DNA of 64,000 nucleotides from an uncultured bacterium (GTDB lineage Bacteria; Patescibacteriota; Minisyncoccia; UBA6257; 2-01-FULL-56-20): NCBI GenBank assembly GCA_963844965.1, contig CAWJQC010000008.1, positions 1 to 64,000 of the forward strand, read 5' to 3'. Shown piece by piece: positions 37,497 to 46,694 of this stretch (position 1 is its first letter; each line of letters starts with the position of its first letter). The notes under the pieces were generated by a model. It saw only the letters and a program-made list of their open reading frames with translations, ran no database searches and was not told where the DNA came from. The position numbers and the translations under genes were made by a program.

Positions 37497-38351
37497 TCAG
37501 GCTCCGTAGTTAATGAATGCATTCCTGCAGAAGATCTCGCCGAATTCCATGGTGGGCCGCCTGACCTCGAATCCCTGTTTTCTCAAAAATTCCGCAAGCT
37601 CGTTCACGTCGCCGTCCGCGTGGCATTCCACGGACATGATCCCTATTTTTTTGAAAGTTTCGGCCGGCGTATTATAGAAAATATCGTACTCCCCTCCTTC
37701 GCAGTCCATTTTTATAAAATCGCAGAGGGAAATGTCGTTCTTCGACAAAAAGTCCGCCAGAGACGACGAACGGATCTCGGAAACCCCTACCCCTTCTTTG
37801 TCCTCTCCGTAGAGTTCGACGTGTCCCGCCGTAGTGCTTGCCAGCGCTCCCTCCTTCGGGGTCAACGACCTGACCGAACCTGGTTTCCCCGACAAAGCCA
37901 TCGGCGTGAACAATTTTACCGAACCGGTACTCCCCGACAAGGCCAATTGTACGGGAACGACCCTGTCCGACAAACCATTCAATTCGATATTTTCTTTCAG
38001 AATCTTCATGTTCGTTTCGTTCGGCTCAATGGCAAAGATCTTGGCGGGCGACCTCTTGGCGGCAAAAACGGAAAATGTGCCGATGTGCGCACCGACGTCC
38101 AGGCCGACCTTCGCCTTCCTTATATACGGCAAAATATTGTCGTGGATGCCGTACAAATACGATTCGTTGATGACGTAAGCGTCCGATACCTCTTTACGCC
38201 TGTCGCGGACTTTGAACCTCGAACCGTCGCGCAGGACAACGACCATAGATTGCGGTAACCAATTCAAGCGATAAAAAACAAGCCGCGGCCAGTTCTTATA
38301 AATGACCGCCATCTTGAAAAATACGCGGATCTTATGCAATAACCGTTTCAT
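37497..38351 (-). CDS. FkbM-family methyltransferase, a paralog of the preceding one. It contains an internal tandem duplication of about 45 bp.
   Basis: LDVGAHIGTF ... FIKMDCEGGEY. The duplicated peptide is SGSTGSVKLFTP / SGKPGSVRSLTP (DNA 37860-37960). Confidence 0.75.
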   Translation of the reverse strand: MKRLLHKIRVFFKMAVIYKNWPRLVFYRLNWLPQSMVVVLRDGSRFKVRDRRKEVSDAYVINESYLYGIHDNILPYIRKAKVGLDVGAHIGTFSVFAAKRSPAKIFAIEPNETNMKILKENIELNGLSDRVVPVQLALSGSTGSVKLFTPMALSGKPGSVRSLTPKEGALASTTAGHVELYGEDKEGVGVSEIRSSSLADFLSKNDISLCDFIKMDCEGGEYDIFYNTPAETFKKIGIMSVECHADGDVNELAEFLRKQGFEVRRPTMEFGEIFCRNAFINYGA

Positions 38352-38773
38352 TTCTTCCGAATATAATTTAATCCGACATCCGCGAAAATGTCCAGAAATC
38401 GATTTTCGTACGTGTGCTCGCGCATTGTCCGCCCATAGCCGGCATCGGCGATCTTCTCCCGCTCCCCGTCGTGCGACAAATAATATCTTATTTTCCCGAT
38501 CAGGTCCGGAATGTCATCGTAAAAGATCATTTCTTCGTTCTCCGCATAATATTTTCCGATATCCTCAGAACGGCCGGAGACGACGAACGCTTCGCATCCG
38601 GAGAGTTCAAACGGCCGCGCATGCGTGTGTGGAGTCGGGAAACGGACATAGGCCCTAAAATTGTCAACGAAGTGGAGATACGGGAACGATTCTGTCCGCG
38701 GATTTTTTAAGAAAAAGCCGCGCGATAACTGAAGGATACCCATAATTCTTTTCTGTCCGTGAGATTTAGACAA
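38348..38773 (-). CDS. C-terminal fragment of the CgeB-like glycosyltransferase domain, belonging to the upstream GT9-CgeB gene. Frameshifted; TTG start in the track.
   Basis: RPFELSGCEAFVVSG...HTYENRFLDIF matches the CgeB-family C-terminus. It overlaps the previous fragment over 38707-38773. Confidence 0.6.
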   Translation of the reverse strand: MSKSHGQKRIMGILQLSRGFFLKNPRTESFPYLHFVDNFRAYVRFPTPHTHARPFELSGCEAFVVSGRSEDIGKYYAENEEMIFYDDIPDLIGKIRYYLSHDGEREKIADAGYGRTMREHTYENRFLDIFADVGLNYIRKK

Positions 38774-40569
38774 ATTTTGCTTCGTCCGATTATTCTGGGC
38801 GCTTCGTCATGCGATACTCTACCACCTGGCCAACCGAAACCGAAGCACTGAACGTCAATGCCGGCGCGGTGGAGCGCTTCTACAACCCTCATGCGTCCAG
38901 ATTTCATCTGCCCCACAAAACTAACGTCAATGTCCTTACTCGCCGCGACAGGTTTATAAAAGGCGGTGTTGCACGCCCACTGCGACAAAACAACATTGTC
39001 GTATCCCGCTTTTTTATACCAATCAACCGCCCTGGAATATGTTGTCACAATTTTGGTAAAGTACGGCGGCCAATGCCTGGAATAATTGAAAAAGCGCCAA
39101 TAATCGTCCGCGAACCAAGCGACGCTTTTGGTTCTTTTTTTGATTTCCATAAGAACGCGCGGCTCAAGCTCGTCGGTGTACATAAAAGCGAAGAACAGAT
39201 CGGGGCGCTCGCGCTCCACGAGGCGAAGAAGTTTGTCGTTGAAACGTTTCTTGCCCATGCCGAGAATCCTGTCAAAAGGATAATCAACAACCTCCACGCC
39301 TTTCATGTTCTTCAGGGTGGAATAAAAATTGGCGTACTCAAAACTTCCGCGCCGCAGCGGGTCGTAGTTCTCAAATTCGGTGCCCGCATACAGCACTTTT
39401 ATCCCGCGCCGGCCGCCGGAAATTTTCGCGCCCCGTTCCACATCGGCTCCGACGGAAAACTTTTCGCGCGGATAATTCTTATTTTTTTTGAGGTATCGCA
39501 AAAGCTCGTCAAGTTCATCAAGAACCGACCCCACGCTCACCGCAGCAAGACAAGGCGATGGTTCTCCGACTTTCGCGCGAAGGCCGCACTGCCAATTATC
39601 GCAAAAACAAGGGGTTGTCTTATAAACCCATTTATTGATGTCGCCGTAACCGTACAGAGCGAACATGCCGAATTGGCCGCCGCCCGTGACGCAAAGCGAC
39701 GGCTTACGCAACGCTACCGCAATGTGCACTATGGAGGTATCGTTGGAAACAACGACGAACGACCCGCCAATAAGCGACAGGAGTTCGCGAAGATCGGTCT
39801 TGCCGGCCAAATTCAGACACAAGGGAAATGTTTTGCGGAATTCGTCGGCGAGAAGCTCTTCGCCCCTTGAACCGATTAGAACCACGTCAAGGCCGGCGGA
39901 CGACAAGCGGTCGGCTACCTTCTTAAAATTGCCGAGTGGCCACCGTTTGTAAGCGACACTCGCGTTCAGGTTCATAACGGCGTATTCACCGCTCTTAAGA
40001 CCGAATTTTCGGAGAACTTCCTCGCCTTCAGAAGCCTGGTGGCTGTAACCCATCGGCAGTTCTGTCGCGTAGTCGGATTCCTTGAAACCCGTCGCGCCTT
40101 CATATATGGCGACATAATGCGAAACGGCGCTCGGCAATTTTTCTTTCAAGACAGTCCCGCCATCAACGCTTGGGATTATTTTTGTGTAACGCGGATATAT
40201 CTTATTGAATACTAATTCCAGATTTTTGCGCTGCTGGACGTCAAAAGGATGCACGAATTCGGGGTCGATGCCTTCATAGCCGATGACTTCCCGCGCGCCA
40301 ACGCTTACCGAGATTATTTTTCCCATTATCTCCGACGCGCTGAAGTCGTGATCAATGACCTCTTCAAACCCCACGCTCCTTAGACGGCCGATAAACATCG
40401 CGCCGTAGAACGGATCAACGGCAAACCTGCGGTAATCAACGGTGGTAACCTCATCCGCGAATTTTCTGGAAAATATATTTTCAAGGCCGGTGCCCTGCTT
40501 TATCAGAAGATATATTTTTTTCTCCGGAAATCTCTTTTTGTAATGCTTCAGGACAGAGGTGAAAACCAC
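38707..40569 (-). CDS. Bifunctional glycosyltransferase, core fragment. N-terminal GT9 (heptosyltransferase-like) domain fused to a CgeB-like GT domain.
   Basis: GT9 motif LIGGSFVVVSNDTSIVHIAVALRKPSLCVTGG. The C-terminal half has CgeB-like SKICLNL. Confidence 0.75.
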   Translation of the reverse strand: MVFTSVLKHYKKRFPEKKIYLLIKQGTGLENIFSRKFADEVTTVDYRRFAVDPFYGAMFIGRLRSVGFEEVIDHDFSASEIMGKIISVSVGAREVIGYEGIDPEFVHPFDVQQRKNLELVFNKIYPRYTKIIPSVDGGTVLKEKLPSAVSHYVAIYEGATGFKESDYATELPMGYSHQASEGEEVLRKFGLKSGEYAVMNLNASVAYKRWPLGNFKKVADRLSSAGLDVVLIGSRGEELLADEFRKTFPLCLNLAGKTDLRELLSLIGGSFVVVSNDTSIVHIAVALRKPSLCVTGGGQFGMFALYGYGDINKWVYKTTPCFCDNWQCGLRAKVGEPSPCLAAVSVGSVLDELDELLRYLKKNKNYPREKFSVGADVERGAKISGGRRGIKVLYAGTEFENYDPLRRGSFEYANFYSTLKNMKGVEVVDYPFDRILGMGKKRFNDKLLRLVERERPDLFFAFMYTDELEPRVLMEIKKRTKSVAWFADDYWRFFNYSRHWPPYFTKIVTTYSRAVDWYKKAGYDNVVLSQWACNTAFYKPVAASKDIDVSFVGQMKSGRMRVVEALHRAGIDVQCFGFGWPGGRVSHDEAPRIIGRSKICLNLTDRKELWVSFSYRAAFS

Positions 40570-40726
40570 GAGGATCGCCCAGGGCTTCCAGATTTATCAA
40601 AAGCAAACGATTTTCCCAATTATTGATATTCAGCCGCGGCCCGGATAAATATAAAAAAAACGACCGCAGCGGCGCCACAAGACGCATCTTCACGAAAAAT
40701 TTCATGTAGCTCGCGAGAAATCCCAT
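40481..40726 (-). CDS. N-terminal fragment of the GT9 domain (LLINLEALGD...). It is separated from the core by a 1-bp frameshift near 40572.
   Basis: ENRLLLINLEALGD joins to VVFTSVLKHYKKRFPEKKIYLLIK in the core frame, which is the GT9 N-terminal consensus. Confidence 0.55.
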   Translation of the reverse strand: MGFLASYMKFFVKMRLVAPLRSFFLYLSGPRLNINNWENRLLLINLEALGDPRGFHLCPEALQKEISGEKNISSDKAGHRP

Positions 40727-41692
40727 CTATTTTACAAGAGCGGCTTTGAGGAGTGGCAACGTCACGGTCGCGGTTCCTTCAACGCCCACCACAATACCGG
40801 CGGCATGGTTGGCGACATCCGCCGCTTCGTCAAGCTTCGCCCCCGTCCCAAGCATCAACGTAAGGGTAGCAAGCACCGTGTCGCCGGCACCGGTCACGTC
40901 GTAAACGTGAAGCGCGCGCGTCGGAATATGGCGCGTCCTCCGGGTCAACTTGTCGCAAGTCGTAATTCCACGTTCTCCTCTCGTCAAAACCACCGACGAG
41001 GCGAATCTTCCTGATAAAATTTTGGCGGCTTTCGCGGCGGTAGCGTCCGAGTCGGCGCGGATGCCGGTCAAAGCGTGCGCTTCTTTCAGGTTCAGGACAA
41101 TAACGAACACGCCGTGATAGGCATCCGTCCGTCCCGGCTTGACGCCGATAATGATTTTTTTTCTTCCGAAATGGCTTTTCAAAAATTCCATGACGCGTGG
41201 AGTGAGACATCCTTTCGAATAATCCTGGGCAATGACGTAATCAAAATCTCCCAACCTAGCGATCAAAGAAATCAATTTCGTCTCGGTAGGCCCCGAAATA
41301 TCGCTGGAAATTTCCCTGTCTATGCGCAAAAGCTGGTGGCGGCGGGCGATCGGCCTGGTTTTGAGAGAGGTCGGCCTGCCATGCTCGGAAACGAATTTTC
41401 CGGATATTTTTCTTGCCGCGCAAAGACGGCGCACGATCTTCCCTTCCGGGTCGTTTCCGCAAATCGCAACCAGTGTCACTTTTCCGCCCAAGGCGGCGGC
41501 GTTCGCCGCCACGTTCCCCGCACCGCCAAGCGCGTAAATCCGTTCTTTTTCCAACACTACGGGCACCGGGGCCTCGGGCGAAATGCGCTCAACTTCGCCG
41601 CGGATATAAATATCAAGCAACACGTCGCCGACCACGAGTATCCGCTCGCTTTTAAAATTTTCTATTAATTTTCCGGGAGAGATATTATCCAT
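40727..41692 (-). CDS. hldA: D-glycero-beta-D-manno-heptose-7-phosphate kinase (RfaE domain I, PfkB family).
   Basis: ILVVGDVLLDIY...RISPEAPVPVV...GGAGNVAAN, with PfkB C-terminal motifs (DVTGAGDT). Confidence 0.85.
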   Translation of the reverse strand: MDNISPGKLIENFKSERILVVGDVLLDIYIRGEVERISPEAPVPVVLEKERIYALGGAGNVAANAAALGGKVTLVAICGNDPEGKIVRRLCAARKISGKFVSEHGRPTSLKTRPIARRHQLLRIDREISSDISGPTETKLISLIARLGDFDYVIAQDYSKGCLTPRVMEFLKSHFGRKKIIIGVKPGRTDAYHGVFVIVLNLKEAHALTGIRADSDATAAKAAKILSGRFASSVVLTRGERGITTCDKLTRRTRHIPTRALHVYDVTGAGDTVLATLTLMLGTGAKLDEAADVANHAAGIVVGVEGTATVTLPLLKAALVK

Positions 41693-41750
41693 GCTTTTCT
41701 TGCGGCAGCCATTATCGTATTATTATGACATTACAATAAAAAACAACTTA

Positions 41751-42266
41751 ATGAAAGCCGCCAAAGACAAAATCAAAAGTCTGGCCGAGATCGTGCGGAT
41801 AGCGAAAAACGCCAAGCGCCGCGGCCTTACAATTGTCACGACAAACGGCGCTTTTGATCTCCTGCATGTCGGCCACGCGCGCAGCTTGGAAAAGGCGAAG
41901 TCGCTCGGCGACCTGCTCATCGTAGGCATAAACTCCGACAGCTCGGTGCGCACGCACAAGGACAAGTCGCGGCCAATCGTGGCCGCGCGAGAACGGGCGG
42001 AAATCGTCGCATCTCTCGCGGCGGTTGACTACGTGTTCATTTTCAACACGCCGAACCCGATTCCCTGGCTGCGCGAATTGAAGCCAGACATTCACGTTAA
42101 GGGCAAAGACCGGAAGATGGGTGAAATAATAGAAAAAGAAGCCGTCGAGGAGAAAGACGGTAAGATAGTGCTCCTGCCACACGATAGGCGCCACTCAACC
42201 ACGGCGTTAATAGAAAAAATCAAAGGGCTTAGCCGACCAAGAATCCGCTCTCGTAATACGCCTTGA
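41751..42266 (+). CDS. hldC: D-glycero-beta-D-manno-heptose-1-phosphate adenylyltransferase (RfaE domain II).
   Basis: The ORF runs from 41691, but the likely start is MKAAKDK at 41751. TNGAFDLLHVGHARSL, LIVGINSD, RPI. Confidence 0.8.
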   Translation: MKAAKDKIKSLAEIVRIAKNAKRRGLTIVTTNGAFDLLHVGHARSLEKAKSLGDLLIVGINSDSSVRTHKDKSRPIVAARERAEIVASLAAVDYVFIFNTPNPIPWLRELKPDIHVKGKDRKMGEIIEKEAVEEKDGKIVLLPHDRRHSTTALIEKIKGLSRPRIRSRNTP

Positions 42267-43131
42267 TGCCTTTTTCTGCGTTGTACTCAGACACGAAACC
42301 AATTTCTTTTTTGGCGAGAGTCATATCGCACTCCGTATAATCCTGATATTTACCAATGTAGGGATTGTCAAAATACTCTGGTCTGCGATCGGTTCCCAAA
42401 ACGGAATTCAAAATCTTTATAAGATCATTGAAAGACGTCGCCTTCCCTGAGCCGCAATTCAGCACGCAACTTCTTCTCGCTTGAAGCGCCAGCAGATTCG
42501 CGCGCACCGCGTCCTTAATATAAATATAATCGCGTTTCTGCTCGCCGTACTTAAAAATGCGCGGGTTACCTTTCATTATTTGACGCGCAAGCTGATAAAT
42601 CATGCTCGCCCGCGCGCCTTTATGCGCTTCGCGCGGCCCGTATACGTTGCAGTAGCGAAGGCCGACGACGGTTGATTCCTGATGCGCTTTCGCGAACTCC
42701 ATCGTCTTCTCGTCCAATAATTTTTTAGATCTCCCGTAGGCATTAAGCGGTTCAAGTCCCCGGTTCTCAACGTACGGCGCGGGTGTCCCGCCATACACAG
42801 CCGTGGAGGAAGCATATACGATCTTTTTGCAGCCGTTTCTTATCGCGTAATCAAAAAGCACCAGTGATGAGTCAACGTTCGCGCGCGTCATCTCGCGTTC
42901 GTCAAGGAGTGTCGTATCGTTTATCGCCGCTTCGTGGAATATGGCGTCAAGCCTGCCGATCCCTCCCCAATCAAGTCCCAAAAAACTCGGCTGCAAGTAC
43001 TTACCCCTGAAATCTGGCAATTCCTGTTCGGCATCATGGCCGGTAATCAAAACCTCATGCCCCAAACGCATGAGTTCAATAGCAATATTTGAACCTATAA
43101 ATCCGGTACCGCCGGTTACGAGTATGCGCAT
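42229..43131 (-). CDS. hldD: ADP-L-glycero-D-manno-heptose 6-epimerase.
   Basis: MRILVTGGTGFIGSN, YASSTAVYGG, YGRSK, GLRYCNVYGPRE.HKG.ASM. The track's upstream extension to 43278 is rejected because that region encodes a separate small ORF in another frame. Confidence 0.8.
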   Translation of the reverse strand: MRILVTGGTGFIGSNIAIELMRLGHEVLITGHDAEQELPDFRGKYLQPSFLGLDWGGIGRLDAIFHEAAINDTTLLDEREMTRANVDSSLVLFDYAIRNGCKKIVYASSTAVYGGTPAPYVENRGLEPLNAYGRSKKLLDEKTMEFAKAHQESTVVGLRYCNVYGPREAHKGARASMIYQLARQIMKGNPRIFKYGEQKRDYIYIKDAVRANLLALQARRSCVLNCGSGKATSFNDLIKILNSVLGTDRRPEYFDNPYIGKYQDYTECDMTLAKKEIGFVSEYNAEKGIKAYYESGFLVG

Positions 43132-43148
43132 ATCGTTCAGTCCACAAC

Positions 43149-43307
43149 TTAAAAGATGGTGTAAATAAACGGCGTCACGGCGGAACCCTGGGATAGGAAT
43201 ACAAGCGCCCCCAAGATGATGAGAAATGCGATGATGGGCACAAGCCACCATTTCTTGCGTTCGCGGAGAAACTCCCAAAATTCTTTGAGGATGCCGAGCT
43301 TGTTCAT
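43149..43307 (-). CDS. DUF5989-like small membrane protein (52 aa). It is below the ORF-track size cutoff.
   Basis: MNKLGILKEFWEFLRERKKWWLVPIIAFLIILGALVFLSQGSAVTPFIYTIF. Family members are typically adjacent to carbamoyltransferase and SxtJ-like genes. Confidence 0.6.
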   Translation of the reverse strand: MNKLGILKEFWEFLRERKKWWLVPIIAFLIILGALVFLSQGSAVTPFIYTIF

Positions 43308-43378
43308 AAGCTACATCTTAAAACACATTTTCTCCGAATACAAACGCTCCATATCGTATCGTACTACCAGGCCGCCGT

Positions 43379-43810
43379 CTAAAATTGTTTTTCTAACCGT
43401 TCTTTTGCTGTTGCGTTAACTTCGCGGTAATGCCAGTAGGTTTCCAGCGCGTTCTTAGGGCGAAACTCCATTTCCAAAGGCCGCTTACCGAGCAAACGCA
43501 TAACAGCGGCGAGCGGAGTAACGATGATGTAGAAAGCGACCAGTAAAATTACGCGCGTCATCACGAAACCGAGCGTGGTGCCAAGCGCCATCCAGCACCT
43601 ATGGAACGGCTTCAGAATTTTCGCGTAAAAACGTCCGGCGAGAATAAGCGCAACGCCGATTCCCGCGGCCAGCAAGGAATAGCGTCGGCCGGCTATATAG
43701 AACCAGACGCCGAGCGCAAGAAAAATCCCGCCGACTATATAGGCAAAATTCCGCAGATCGCGCGGCGTGCTTTTGATCGTCCTAATGTCGGAAATAATTT
43801 CTTCAAACAT
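43379..43810 (-). CDS. Small integral membrane protein, SxtJ-like.
   Basis: 143 aa with 3-4 TM segments. It sits in the conserved neighbourhood with DUF5989 and carbamoyltransferase. Confidence 0.5.
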   Translation of the reverse strand: MFEEIISDIRTIKSTPRDLRNFAYIVGGIFLALGVWFYIAGRRYSLLAAGIGVALILAGRFYAKILKPFHRCWMALGTTLGFVMTRVILLVAFYIIVTPLAAVMRLLGKRPLEMEFRPKNALETYWHYREVNATAKERLEKQF

Positions 43811-43867
43811 AATGTTTATAGCTACGGAATACGGATTTCTTACAGATATACGGAAATTTTATTCAAA

Positions 43868-44302
43868 TTATCGCAAATTCACAACTCGCTTAATTTTAAC
43901 GCCACTTTTTGTGAAGTGTGCGATAATACCAAGCTTCAAATTTTTAGCCCTGAGGTATCGCAATAACTGCTCAATATCTTGCCGCGAGAAGTAATTTCTA
44001 ACCTTGATTTCTAAAATAATAGTATTTTCTATCAAGAAATCGAAATAATATATGCCCAATTGTTCGCCTTTATAAACAAGCTTCGCCGGCAATTGCTCCT
44101 CAAATACAAAGCCAGCATCCTTAAACTCTCTGGCAATTGCTTTTTGATAAAACTTCTCTTTATGGCCGGGACCAACATTGGTCCACACCGAAAACAACAA
44201 CCCATTGATCTTATAGGTTAAATCGGAATATAAAAGTTTTTCTGCTTTGTTTTCGACTGTATTCATTCCGTATATCCGTATTATTCCGTATTTTGTAGCC
44301 AA
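43868..44302 (-). CDS. GxxExxY-family protein (PD-(D/E)xK-like).
   Basis: LYSDLTYKINGLLFSV...EFKDAGFVFEEQ...YKGEQLGIYYFDFLIENTIILEIK. Sits in a local AT-rich patch. Confidence 0.65.
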   Translation of the reverse strand: MATKYGIIRIYGMNTVENKAEKLLYSDLTYKINGLLFSVWTNVGPGHKEKFYQKAIAREFKDAGFVFEEQLPAKLVYKGEQLGIYYFDFLIENTIILEIKVRNYFSRQDIEQLLRYLRAKNLKLGIIAHFTKSGVKIKRVVNLR

Positions 44303-46120
44303 CTAATCCAGTTGAAATTCTTTGCGCCAGTCGCTGTCATTCTTGAGCGCCGGCTGTTTGGTTTTGTCCAAAATATAATTTCCCATCACAAGATAGTCCA
44401 TATTCGTCCGCATGAAACAGCGGTAAGCGTCTTCCGGAGTGCAGACGATCGGCTCGCCGCGCACGTTGAAAGACGTGTTAATTATGACGCCGCATCCGTA
44501 TTTCTTATCAAATTCGGAAATAAGCGCATGGTAGAGCGGATGTGTTTTCTTGTTCACCGACTGGATGCGCGCCGAATAATCCACATGGGTCACGGCCGGG
44601 ATATCTGAGCGCGCGACGTACAACTTCTGGAGACCGAACCATTTTTTTTGCTCGTCCGACATCTTTTTCTGACGCTCCTTCTTCACGTCGGCGACAAGCA
44701 GCATGTAGGGACTCTCGCGGTCAATTTCAAAATAATCGGAAATCCGCTCGGCGAGCACGGACGGCGCGAACGGGCGGAAACTTTCGCGGAACTTGATCTT
44801 CAAATTCATGATTTCCTGCATCTTCGGCGACCGCGCGTCCCCCAAGATGGAACGGGCGCCCAGTGCCCGCGGCCCGAATTCCATCCGCCCCTCAACCCAG
44901 CCGACAACCTTCTCTCCGGCGATCAAATCCGCCACCCGCTGAACGAGAACGCCGGTGGGCACATACTCGGCGGGGATATTATTCGCGTCAAGATAGGATT
45001 TTAATTCCTCGTTCGTATATTCGGGACCGAGATAGGACCCGTGCTGGGCATCCTCTCCGCGCGCAACGCGCCGCGGCTTACCAAGATAGCCGTACCATAC
45101 TTCAAGCGCCGCTCCCAAGGCGCCGCCCGCGTCGCCCGCCGCCGGCTGAATCCAAATATCTTTGAACAATCCGGAACGCAGCAGTTTACCGTTGGCCACG
45201 CAATTCAGGGCGACGCCGCCGGCAAGGCAAAGGTAATTTTCCCCGGTTTTGCGTTTAACCTCGTGCGCCATCCGCAGCACGATCTCTTCCGTAACGTCCT
45301 GAAGTGAACGGGCGAGATCCATATCGCGCTGGGTAAGAGGCGACTCCGGTTTGCGCGGCTCTCCTCCGAAAAGCTTGTCAAACTTGCTATTAGTCATCGT
45401 GAGCCCGGCCGCATAATTGAAATAGTCCATGTTCATGCGGAACGAGCCGTCATCCTTTAGGTCAACGAGATTATCAAAAATCGCCTTTACGTACTTAGGT
45501 TCGCCGTAAGGCGCGAGACCCATAACTTTATATTCGCCGGAATTCACTTTGAAGCCGGTGTAATAGGTGAATGCCGAATACAGAAGGCCGAGCGAATGGG
45601 GAAATTGAATATCGGCCATAATGCGCAGTTTATTTTCTTCACCAACGCCGTAACTCGCCGTCGCCCACTCCCCCACGCCGTCCATCGTGAGGAATGCCGC
45701 GCGTTCGTAGGGCGACGGGTAAAAAGCGGAGGCGGCGTGCGCTTTGTGGTGCTCCGTGAAAAGTATCGGGCAGCTTGCGCCAAGCTCCTTCGTGATATAC
45801 GTCTTCATCCACAATTTCTGCTTAAGCCAGATCGGCATGGAGGCGATAAAGGACGCGATGCCGCGCGGCGCGTAAGCGAGATATGTTTCAAGCAGCCGCT
45901 CAAATTTAAGGAACGGCTTTTCGTAAAATGCGACGTAATCCAAATCCTTGGCCGTTATGCCTCCGGCCTTAAGACAATAGTCAATCGCGTGCCGCGGAAA
46001 GCGGTCGTCGTGCTTCTTGCGCGAGAAACGTTCCTCCTGAGCGGCGGCGACGATATCGCCGTCTCTCACGAGACACGCGGCGGAGTCATGGTAAAACGCC
46101 GAAATTCCTAAAATGTTCAT
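44303..46120 (-). CDS. Carbamoyltransferase (NodU/CmcH family).
   Basis: MNILGISAFYHDSAACLV... and a full-length NodU-type kinase-like + YrdC-like architecture. Alternative start at 46153. A hairpin agcaagcccgcttgct lies 3 nt before the ATG. Confidence 0.85.
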   Translation of the reverse strand: MNILGISAFYHDSAACLVRDGDIVAAAQEERFSRKKHDDRFPRHAIDYCLKAGGITAKDLDYVAFYEKPFLKFERLLETYLAYAPRGIASFIASMPIWLKQKLWMKTYITKELGASCPILFTEHHKAHAASAFYPSPYERAAFLTMDGVGEWATASYGVGEENKLRIMADIQFPHSLGLLYSAFTYYTGFKVNSGEYKVMGLAPYGEPKYVKAIFDNLVDLKDDGSFRMNMDYFNYAAGLTMTNSKFDKLFGGEPRKPESPLTQRDMDLARSLQDVTEEIVLRMAHEVKRKTGENYLCLAGGVALNCVANGKLLRSGLFKDIWIQPAAGDAGGALGAALEVWYGYLGKPRRVARGEDAQHGSYLGPEYTNEELKSYLDANNIPAEYVPTGVLVQRVADLIAGEKVVGWVEGRMEFGPRALGARSILGDARSPKMQEIMNLKIKFRESFRPFAPSVLAERISDYFEIDRESPYMLLVADVKKERQKKMSDEQKKWFGLQKLYVARSDIPAVTHVDYSARIQSVNKKTHPLYHALISEFDKKYGCGVIINTSFNVRGEPIVCTPEDAYRCFMRTNMDYLVMGNYILDKTKQPALKNDSDWRKEFQLD

Positions 46121-46193
46121 TTTAGCAAGCGGGCTTGCTATTTTAATATACACGCATAGCGGCTCGTGGGCAATCGCTACCTTATCGCGTCAG

Positions 46194-46694
46194 TTAGGAT
46201 TTTATTATCAGCCCTTGGCCAGTAGGCAAGGAAAGGATGGGTACGTTTTTTTCTTTGGCGAATTTGTCAAATGCCAGGCGCTGCTCGTCAAATCCATACC
46301 ACCCATAGTCGTCCAGAAGCATAACGGCGCAGTGAGACATTTTCGGCCAGAAAAACTCCGCGGCGGCTATTTCCGGAATCATACAATTCATATCGATATG
46401 CAAGTAAGCGACGCTCCTTATTTTCGACAACGAGCTCAAAATCTCGGGAATGGCCCCTTTGACGATAACCGCGTTGGGAAACTTGGCGAATGACTTTTTA
46501 ACGAACTCGTACATATCGGGATAATGAAACTCCCTTATTCTGTCGTTTTCAGTGAGGTAGCGGGGGTCAAGGCCGTTGTAAGTATCAATCAGGTAGAACT
46601 TTCTTTTTAACCCCCCCCCCGAAATCCAAGTACTCCATAACCACGCGGCTTGTGAATCCCGTCGCCACGCCGCACTCCACAAAGTCGCCCTCAA
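46194..46694 (-). CDS. TylF/MycF-family sugar O-methyltransferase, C-terminal fragment (OFF frame relative to the N-terminal part).
   Basis: LKRKFYLIDTYNGL...HIDMNCMIPE...LLDDYGWYG are TylF motifs. Confidence 0.75.
   Translation of the reverse strand: MRATLWSAAWRRDSQAAWLWSTWISGGGLKRKFYLIDTYNGLDPRYLTENDRIREFHYPDMYEFVKKSFAKFPNAVIVKGAIPEILSSLSKIRSVAYLHIDMNCMIPEIAAAEFFWPKMSHCAVMLLDDYGWYGFDEQRLAFDKFAKEKNVPILSLPTGQGLIIKS

Noticed and set aside
38809..39870. 353-aa plus-strand ORF opposite the GT9-CgeB gene; likewise 5779-6504 opposite galU, 50542-51345 opposite GT2 and 62624-63478 opposite the C-methyltransferase
   Set aside because: All are antisense to genes with clear family motifs, and none has a recognisable domain of its own.
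42229..43278. Track start of hldD at 43278, giving a 49-aa N-terminal extension (MGVSPRTQEMVACAHH...)
   Set aside because: SDR epimerases begin at the GxGxxG Rossmann motif (MRILVTGGTGFIGS, start 43131). The upstream DNA instead encodes a conserved DUF5989-like 52-aa protein in another frame.
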